A DNA stretch of 64,000 bases from Takakia lepidozioides (lineage: Eukaryota; Plantae; Bryophyta): contig CM060731.1 of NCBI GenBank assembly GCA_030704615.1, positions 64,666,001-64,730,000 on the forward strand. Reading direction: 5' to 3'. Below the pieces are notes generated by a model. That model did no database searches. It was not told the origin of the DNA and was given only the letters and a program-made list of their open reading frames with translations. Shown here piece after piece: positions 55,070 through 64,000 of the stretch. Position numbers and translations under genes: made by a program. The stretch's first letter is position 1, and every line of letters begins with the position of its first letter.

Positions 55070-56612
55070 CTGCTTAAAAAAAGGCTACCAAATTGTGTGC
55101 TATGGTGGTGCAATTGGAATACTTAAAAGAGATTTCTGTTGTACTCTCCATGCCAGATGATGATCTTTATTGGAATTATTATTAGGACGATTTTAACGCA
55201 TCCAAATGATTTTTTTTTTTATCCAAAAGGATGTTGGAGGGCCTAGGCCCTATTACTCAATTTAAAAAAAGATGAATGAGGGAAAAAAAACCTTGTCAGG
55301 GCCATAAGTTGAAAAATCAGGAAGCAAGGAACCAGGCTAAGTGGGTGCAGGTGACATGAAATTTCTTAGGACAGAGCGCCGCCAATTTGAGCACATCTAT
55401 CCTACATTTCCAGCTACGCAATATGTTGTAGGTCTCCACTAAATATTGCCCCTTCTTATGTGTACCTTAACATATTTTTTAGTGACTCGGCTACTCTGAC
55501 CCCTCTACTCACTTGTGCATATGTAGCCACGGCGGCTCAAGCTGCACTATGCATAACATCTTCCCTCCGAATACAAACCCCTCTCACCTAAAACAACCCC
55601 GCCCACCTAAACAACACCATAAATACAGCCTCAAATTGCACCAAATACATCTATCTACGCCTTTTTATTTATTTATTTATATTTTTTACGCCTGATTGTA
55701 GGTGCTAACATTTTGCCAACCCAAATTCAACAAAAACCATCCTTATATTATGGAAGCATTACTGCCTATAAACCGCATATGTAAACCCAAGTTTCAATCA
55801 AGGAAAATCGGCGAGTGACTAGCTAGCAAGATTGAAGTTGGGAGGGGGCGCTAGTGGGAGAGGCAGGGGCGAGAGGAAAGGGGGCGGGGCGGTGGAAGGC
55901 CCTACCACCACCTCGCGGGGTCTTCTCGAAGTCTCCAGCGCCGCCTCCCCGGCCTATATTAGGGGGTGCTCCCCTCACTATTGAGCTCCGCAGTACCTAT
56001 ACACAACCTCATCAAACCTTTCGTTGTGTTCAATAACCTGACCTAATGCATGGTGGCTCGATGTAGTTTCCTTTCAGGTACAAGCACACACATGGGCCAA
56101 GAGGAAAACCAACTTCATCGCTAGGGCTCCACTCAACGTATCATGCATTCAAGCATTTTTGTTGTTGTTCCACATGTCTTTTGTCCGTCCTTCAGTAGAG
56201 ATGGCAATGGTACTACACATAGTATCTCCATGGTTCAAAGCTCCTTTGGGTACTGCTCCATTTTAGGTGTTTCTACCTTAAGACATTGTGGAAGTGTGAA
56301 AGAAGTGGTGGACAGATGACTAAACAAGATGTAGTTGCATAGAGTGCAATGATGCCAGTATACTAATGTTGGGTGCTGGTTAGGAGGCTTTCAAGAGTTA
56401 TGAGCACATAAGGGACAACCAACTTCATCACATCACTATGCAGGCTGCATATTCTAATCTTGCCCCACCACGACTTTTGAAATATTAATCTCTTTCCAAG
56501 TAAACTCGGGCAACAAGCACATGGCTCATGGCAGCCCGACAAGGAAAGAGAAAAAAGAAGCCATACAAGTCTCCCGGTTTCTTGCACTCCAATGGAATTG
56601 GAACAAGCTTGT

Positions 56613-57683
56613 CTAGACCTTTGCACCAAAACTAAGACCGCCAACCAAACAATTCAAGCGAGGGTCTCGCGGGGCCCTCACTTGTAGATCATGTGGAAAT
56701 CCCGTGGAGGTCCATGTGTGTTGCTTCACGTCATATATCACAACTGCTTCCTGGAGTCTGCTCCATATGAATAAGAGATTGTCATGGCTCACCACTTGAA
56801 AAGCGTCCATGTCAATCAGCCTAGTAATTCCTGCAATCTCATCAGTCCTTGCAATCTCCAGCCACTCTGCACCCGTTGTAGAAACTTTGAACTCCCCACA
56901 CAGAGTGATGGTGAGAGCTGAATTTGATGGCGAAGCGGCCCAACCAGCAACAGGCCCCCCTCACTCTCTACAAGTCGACACAAACCACCTTTACCAAAGA
57001 CAGGCATCTGTACAGCAACTTTAGTCCACACACGGCTGCCAATGTCACAAGCCATCAAAATGTAGTCTCGTCCATAAAACAAAGCAAAGAGAGTAGGGCC
57101 ACATATCACACTTCCTCTCCAATAATACGGAACATCGGTTACTGAGGACATGAAGGACCTTGTAGGTGTTGCTGCATCTATCCACAATCATATTTACTCT
57201 TTCCACGTAGAAATGTGTTGAATCGTGAGGCCGGGCAGGCAATTGTGGCAATTGTCTGGAACTGTTCAACAGAGGATTGTACACACTGCATGATATGTCA
57301 TCGTCGCCATCCGCCGTTATGCAAAATAAGCCTCCATCTGCAGCACTAACTCTGAATAGAAAATTATCCTCGGGGAATGGGAGTTTGAGGCCGCTCCTGT
57401 GCCACCGTCGAGTTGTGGGCGCATTCAACGTAAGAACATCTCCTCCTGAAAACAAGATATAGGAGTCTTGGTGAAGTGGGAGGTGCTGACAAAGTTGGTG
57501 GAAGGAAGCAGTGGATGGGAGGGAGTTCCACAATTTGCAAACCGACTTGAAGCCGGCCAGACTTCGATACGGCAAACAGGCCAACACTACCATCACTAAC
57601 TCGAAAGGGAGCCTGCTCCAAATCTCCTCCTCCAGATTGCCCACCCACAAAACCTCTCTAATGTGTTCTTGTGATCCTAACAC
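56613..57683 (-). pseudogene. Intronless F-box protein (beta-propeller-type C-terminus), frameshifted
   Basis: F-box IWSRLPFELVMVVLACLPYRSLAGFKSVCKLWNSL, then VSAADGGLFC, VYNPL...RQLP, RLVESEGGLLLV and IYDVKQHTW spread over different frames. Confidence 0.85.
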
Positions 57684-60600
57684 CGAGCTTGCAGGGACGA
57701 AAGGCGTGTAGGGAACCAGTGAAGCACCGCACGTGTTTCTTGCCCTGCGTTACGAATTTCCCCAAAAAAGGAGTGAGCTTACATTTCGTAAGCAGGATTT
57801 TTTCTGGAAGAGAGCCTCGGCCTTGAGCCTCTGATACTCGGACCTTCTTTGCTCGCCATCCACTTCCCTACTACTATTTCCAGCCCTGCTTTGCATTTCA
57901 TGGTCTGTACGTGGAAACCCTAAAAATCCTTGAAAAATCCTTCCATGTGCGGGAAGTCGGGGAGGGAGATGGCAGAGTGCAAGCTGGATACGCCGCTCGT
58001 GATTCCTCCTTTCTTGGTCGCTCTTCAACAGTATCAAGGGATGGAAAAGGGGCTGGTCATGTTGCAGATACATTTCGTTTCCAGTGCTGGTTGCAGTCCA
58101 CAAGGCGCTGCCAGCGCAGGCACAGGAAAGCCTAGTAACACGAACTCTCCATCCAGAGCCGTCTACAATTACTCGGGTTCAAAACATGTGTCCTTTGTCT
58201 GCCTGTGGCACTGGTCGTATTATCCCCACTATAACTGAATTCAAGCCTAGAAAAGTTGAGTTCAAAGAGGGATTGTGCACACTGAGGACCTTGAGCAAAG
58301 ATGCCAGCGCAGAGAAGCGGAATCAAATAGTGCAGCTTCTCTGTTGCTCTATTTGATGCCACAGCTGAGGAGGTACCCTGAGCTTTACTTGCTTGATTTA
58401 TACCAAAGATGGTTGAGTTGAATCACACCATCATAATCGATGCTTGTTGTGTCAATTCAACGGAAGCTTTGGAAAAGGGTAATCTTGAAGCTTGGGCCAA
58501 CTCACACATTTTATGCACGGCATCCAATGCACCTTGCATACAGCTCAATGCACTAGTGGGCATTTAGACTCGACTTCAACATGTAACCCCGTCTCAAAGT
58601 TGAACAAGGGTAGGTCTTCGATGGGCGATGGGCGTTGGTTCTACACAGTGAGGACATCGGCAATTTCGCTCCGCAGCCCGCGTGGCCACCATCGCGTTTG
58701 GGTCCGTAATGTCCGACTCCTGAGGAATGAGCACTAGATCAGCAGTTGATCAGGGTAGGAGAATTGAAACCCTTTTGACAAAAGTGTGATGACAACCACT
58801 GATGGGTGTGACTGTGACACTAAAGTAGGTAATGGCTATGTGAAAACTTTCCTTCTCTCAAACAACTACGAAGGCTAAATCCCACAAATGGTTCTTCACT
58901 TCTGTTGTTATTTTCCATTTTCTCTGCATGAGAGGAATGCAGTCTAGCAAATGTACATAAACTCTGGGAAGTTGCAGATTCAGGCTGCTGCTGCAGCAAT
59001 TCTATCATGGGGTTTGGACCCGTCTGCCCTCTTTGCCTTCTTGGCCTGATAATCTTTCACAGCTGCTTTAATTGCATCTTCGGCAAGCATGCTGCAGTGT
59101 AGGTTCAGAGGCGGAAGTTAAAGGTGCTTTGCAATGTCACTGAGACACACCACAACCAAGGTAAAAGGATACTGTCAAACTCCACATCCATTCGTGGTGG
59201 ACTTTCATTCCATTTTTGAAACAGCAGGTCTGTTGGTGACTTCAAACCGACAGGCATAGGGAGTGGAATAATCAGAAAATCTTCTTCCCAGGCTTGTCTA
59301 TTTATCTGCGGAAATCATTCGTCAAACTCCGTAGTACCTCTGTAGTGTGTGGTGTTGAAGCCATTTGGTTGCCAAGGATTTTATCTGGGTAGTAGGATCT
59401 TGACTTGGTGTGTCTGTTTTGGAGCTCGCTTGGAGCTTCACGTTAGAAGGTGTTCAGTTTTCTCAAGAGGTTACAGCTGAGTCCTTCATGAGCATATCAA
59501 ATCAACTACATGATCTCCAGATTCCAATAGAACTTTTGCTTGATGTCTTCCAGATTTCATGTCAGAGGTGATAGAAGTTTTGTCACACAAACTGACGATT
59601 TTGTTTGAATGAATTGTCGTGCACCTAAGCGTTGTGCCACAACATACATCGCTGTCCACCATACGTTCTAAGCACACAATCCTAGAATGCTATGCCACAA
59701 TGCTGTCATGGTTTTAGTCATGGTTAACTAGAATTACCTCACCTCACTACTATACATATATAGTAAATATTTTAGTTAATATTTAGGGGGCTCCCCTAAG
59801 GCCCCAAAAACAAATAAGACCATAGTTAAATTAGTAAAAATGAGAGAATATAGTGAGAGATTAGAATTAGAGATTAGAGAGCCCCCCAAATGGTACTAGG
59901 ATTCAATGCCCCCCCCCCCCCCATAATGATTGCCTCTCCTTTGCTGAAAACTACTTCCATGATGTGCTTATGGAGGGAACACCTCTCTCAGGTAATATCT
60001 CTGTCATTGAACAACTTAGGAAATTAAATGGATAATTTTATTATGGATGAAAGTAATTCCACTATTTACAAAGAGGAGCCATACGCAACTAGCCGCTTGT
60101 TATTTGTGAGGGATTACTTGTGAAACAACCAAGGTTTATGAAAGAGGCCTCAAAATGTGATGGTGGAAGGATCATAAATTTTGTAGGAGTAGTGTGAAGT
60201 GGAAGTAACAGTTTGTACCATTGAAGGTGAAAGCAATCAGTACCACATTTCTTACTATGAGCATTTCCCGGTATAGAATGTACTTATGATTAGGAATACA
60301 ACAAAGCCATGGAAAACGTTTTAAAAAGATACATTTTGCTATGAATGTGGACAACCCTGAATAAATAATGTTTGGTTAAGGAACGTATGGTGAACCGATT
60401 AGGCAATTTGCACCATGGACATATGGCATCTAAGATAGCAGCCAAGATTGGACCATTGGGGCCATACGCGTTTACCCATCCCATATCTTCATTTTTTCAA
60501 TTCAATTCCTGCTGGCTGGGTTGTCCGCCATTTTTGGGATATTTGAACCTACAATAGACTATGAAAGCCCACCTAGCTTGACAGATAGAGATCTATAGTT

Positions 60601-61180
60601 GTTGCCCGTTGTGCCAAATGGCATCACCTTTATAGATCGGCCTATTGGACACCATTCTATATGTGCAACAACGTTCCTATCAAACCGAGGGGCATGTGAT
60701 TTAATTCGACTTGGTGTGTTGGATATTTGGGTGTGGCATCAATGACTACTTAGAAGGATGACTATTTCGAAGACAACAACCGATTGCCCAACCCATGCAC
60801 TTCAATTTCTACTATTTGGCCCCCCTCGATTCTACAAGCAACCTATGAACATGTTATGGGAATGCAAATAAGCCTCATGATCAAGGAAAATCAATCCAAA
60901 GAGCAATAACTACAATTCAGGTAAAATTGTTTGTAATCAATCTGGAAAGTAGATTCTTTATTATGAGCTTCAAGTTCACTAAAGTCAAGATCATCGCTCC
61001 ATGATGGAGAAGAGCACAACCATCCAACATGCAATCTAACATAGTACATACTATATCGACGCTTTGAAGGCCCCCCTTTCAAAGATTATCTATCCCACAT
61101 ATCAACCTCATTGGTGGATATGATACGAGAATCTCATGGTTTTTACTTCCTCTTCATTTCTCTCAAGTTCCCTTCCTTGA

Positions 61181-62275
61181 TCATGGAATAGGTGGTATGA
61201 CTCCCGTTTGTCTGTGGTGTTGGTCGTTTGGAGATGCGACATCGTCTCGATCCACTTGTTTGGGGGGCACAAGCTCTATCAAATCCTTCACTATGGAACA
61301 CAACCTTTGCGCAACTTCATCCAAATTCTTTACTATTCTCTTCCAAGTAAGAGGAATCATCTCATCTTCAGCAGATGTCAAATCATCACCTTCTGATGTG
61401 GTCCCCTCGTTAGTCCTCTGATTCATGGGTCTTTCTCTATCGGTCCTCTCAATAGTGGGTCTTTCTCTTCTGGCCCTCTCTTGAGTGAGCCCTCCATCAG
61501 GGGTGGTCCTCTTAGACTGGATGGTCCTCTGATTCACAGGGCTTTCTCTGTTGGTCTGCTGAGTGGCGGCTCTTTCTCTTCTGGCCCTCTCTTGAATGGG
61601 TCCTTCATCCACAGTGGTCCTGTCACAGGCAGTCCTGTTAGAGTCAATTGTCCTCTCTGGGCTGGTTCTCTCCTCCTGGATGGTCCTCTTCGTATGTGTC
61701 CCTTTCTCAACACTTCGATGCACTTTACCATTCTTCTGCTTTGTGACAGAATCCTCCACTTTCCGCTTCAACGGGGTGATGCTTATCCTTTCAAGCTGCA
61801 CCGTCCCACATGTGTCTCCGGGACCAGACGGGACAAGAACACCTGCCCTATTAAAGTAGCGTGCAGCAACTTGTTCCATGGTCCATGGAACTGCATTTTT
61901 GCCCCTCACTTTTTCGGCTACTGCAGAGGCATTTTTTGAGGAACCAGCAACAGGCCAAGGTTTGATCAAAGTAATTGACAATCCCTTCTTGCATCCAGTG
62001 TCAACACAATGTCTGTTCAGTGTTGCTTTGTCCTTAAAATTGTCATGACAAAATGGACACCTGATGCGATCCTTGATCCAGCCACCTTCAGTCTTATCTA
62101 CTTTGAGGTCAATAAATGCCTCTGCTAACTTTTCCTCAAACTCATGGGGGGCATACCAGTACCTGTACTTTTCGTTTTTTCGGGTGGTGTGCACATACTC
62201 CACCCAGTCTTGACCCTCCTTCCAATTTCTATCGACAGTTTTCCCTGACGACATCTTACAAGCAAACCTACACAA
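61181..62275 (-). CDS. Uncharacterised protein with a C2HC zinc-finger-like motif and R/E/T-rich repeats
   Basis: 364-codon open frame; CPFCHDNFKDKATLNRHCVDTGC; duplicated QERARRER..T...RE.P.NQRT units. Confidence 0.5.
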   Translation of the reverse strand: MCRFACKMSSGKTVDRNWKEGQDWVEYVHTTRKNEKYRYWYAPHEFEEKLAEAFIDLKVDKTEGGWIKDRIRCPFCHDNFKDKATLNRHCVDTGCKKGLSITLIKPWPVAGSSKNASAVAEKVRGKNAVPWTMEQVAARYFNRAGVLVPSGPGDTCGTVQLERISITPLKRKVEDSVTKQKNGKVHRSVEKGTHTKRTIQEERTSPERTIDSNRTACDRTTVDEGPIQERARRERAATQQTNRESPVNQRTIQSKRTTPDGGLTQERARRERPTIERTDRERPMNQRTNEGTTSEGDDLTSAEDEMIPLTWKRIVKNLDEVAQRLCSIVKDLIELVPPKQVDRDDVASPNDQHHRQTGVIPPIP

Positions 62276-63339
62276 ACTACAATCACCAACAATGGAAAAT
62301 TAATAAAATAGTCAGTATTGCAACCATCTGATCTTAAGGACCTAGAGGGTCTGAACAGTCCTCTGACAATAATCGTAATTCAAGAACGGGTCCTTCAAGG
62401 ATACCGTTACGTCTCAGTCCACCAGGATTCTGTAGCTGCAGGACAGGTCCTCTAGGATCTATAGCTACACAACTGACAAAAAAAGCTTGCGATAATGGAG
62501 AGCACTTTCCATGGGTATCTACTGAACAGAAGAATGAAAGAATGCATTGCAGCAATGTTGACAATCATATCAGGATATGCCCACAGCAACTACACAGTCA
62601 AAGCCAAGGATACAAACCTTAGTTGTACTGGCAATCAAAAGCCGTCATGCATCATCCTACCAATTTCTTGCTGTTCCTGCATTAATAGCACCTTGTACAA
62701 CAAACAGAGGACTCATTATAAACAGTGCTACGTAAATTTTACAACCATTCGGCAGAACCTCCATTAGATGGTACAGAAAATAGGTTGGGGCTTGATCAAC
62801 TCTAGATCCTTAAAGTGAACAGGTTGTCAGCAAATTAAGGTTGGAAGTTTTAGTCTGCTACACAACAACTCACCAAGGTAAACGTCACTTCCAAGTCACC
62901 TCTCACATGGTTTTGTTGTGTGCAACCTGGGCACAAGATATACATGGCCCCAAGGCTACTACTATACATGAAGTCTCATTAGTGTGTCCTCCATCGAGAT
63001 CTTTTGTGTCTTGAATTGCCAAGTGTAAACATTCACAATGTCTACACTGGGATGAGTACAAAAATACCTGAGCATTGTCCTTGACAGACATGGTCAACAA
63101 AAAGCAGAGGCCAGTGGAAAATTCTCCTCCATTTTTTTCTGTGTAAGAAAACCTCTACAGCACCCTTCTCACACTCCCCCTCCAAAAGGAGAAATCAAAT
63201 CTGCACACATGGGTAATAAAGGTGCATTCAAACTCAGACCCACTTAACTAGAAATCTTTGTAATGTAGCAGATGTAGGAAATCCAAGAGACCTCTCTCAC
63301 TCGCACTCTCTCTCTCTCTAGATGTGGAGGATGGTTCAC

Positions 63340-64000
63340 AACATGTACGTGAACACCAAAAGCCGCATTACAGTTGATGACAGAAATATAACTTCTTTGA
63401 TATTGACCAAAGTGTAGCAAACGGCTGTACCCTTTCCCCATTGCATTTCAATGTTTTCATTAATCAGTTACTTCAAGATGTGGAAAATGAGGGGTTTGGG
63501 TTAAAGGTGGGTGATGCCCCATTCCAGCCCTTAGGTTTGCGGATGACTTTGCAGGCCTAGGGATTACCCCATCCTATCTTCAGAAGTTGATAGATTGTGC
63601 GAAGTGGTACTGTGACCTTGGGAGGCTAGAAGCCAATGTTAGTAAATGTGCAGTGGCGGCTTTCAATGATCGTGGGGAGGGAGGTGGGTATATCAAATGG
63701 ACTTGGGGGGGTCAAGAGATCCCTGTGCTCACATATCTCGGTATTGAGTCTTCCTCCAGTTGCAACTGGGACACACATATACAGAAAGTGGTTCAAAAGC
63801 TATATGCAAAGCTTTGGGCCTCACTGACTTTTCCACTGCACAGGGATTAATACTGAAGTTAAAATGACTATGCTTTGCCTTGGAGTACGCATCTGCTGCG
63901 TGGGTAAATATCTCCAACCATTCTAAATCTCTAGAATACATTCAGGTTGCGTTGCTCAAAGAGAGCATGTCAGTCAGCTGAATAGTATGTCCAATACCAG
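63340..64000 (+). mobile_element. Degenerate RTE-X-like LINE RT fragment, runs off the window
   Basis: FFDIDQSVANGCTLSPL.FNVFINQLL...FADDFAG...LEANVSKCAV; homologous to 17350-18000. Confidence 0.9.

Noticed and set aside
57750-59700. Several 60-120-aa ORFs upstream of the F-box pseudogene
   Set aside because: No recognisable motifs or coherent exon chain.

Overview
Repeat-rich nuclear genomic DNA from a land plant. Spliceosomal introns, PLS-class PPR repeats, Tcn1-like chromoviruses and RTE-X-like LINEs suggest a non-seed plant, probably a bryophyte; this assignment is an inference. Two apparently intact minus-strand genes lie at the left: an RBM7-like RRM protein (6823-9086) and a ~20-exon MAGATAMA3/Sen1-like helicase (11367-22387). 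The helicase introns carry a LINE and a Helitron-like element. The centre (~24.7-51.1 kb) is a deeply nested transposon stack. A plus-strand Ty3/gypsy relic, apparently carrying a dUTPase-like domain, is split by a minus-strand chromovirus with a Tf1-type self-priming signal. That chromovirus is itself interrupted by a hAT MITE, a second gypsy element and a 9.2 kb CACTA element (TIRs plus AAG TSD). The CACTA element carries degenerate tandem PLS-PPR arrays joined to OSB/PDF-motif exons. Next come an orphan 421-aa ORF between 460-bp inverted repeats, a frameshifted OPR/old-yellow-enzyme gene, an F-box pseudogene, a zinc-finger ORF and another LINE fragment. All calls were made by eye, and exon boundaries marked approximate may be off by a few nt.
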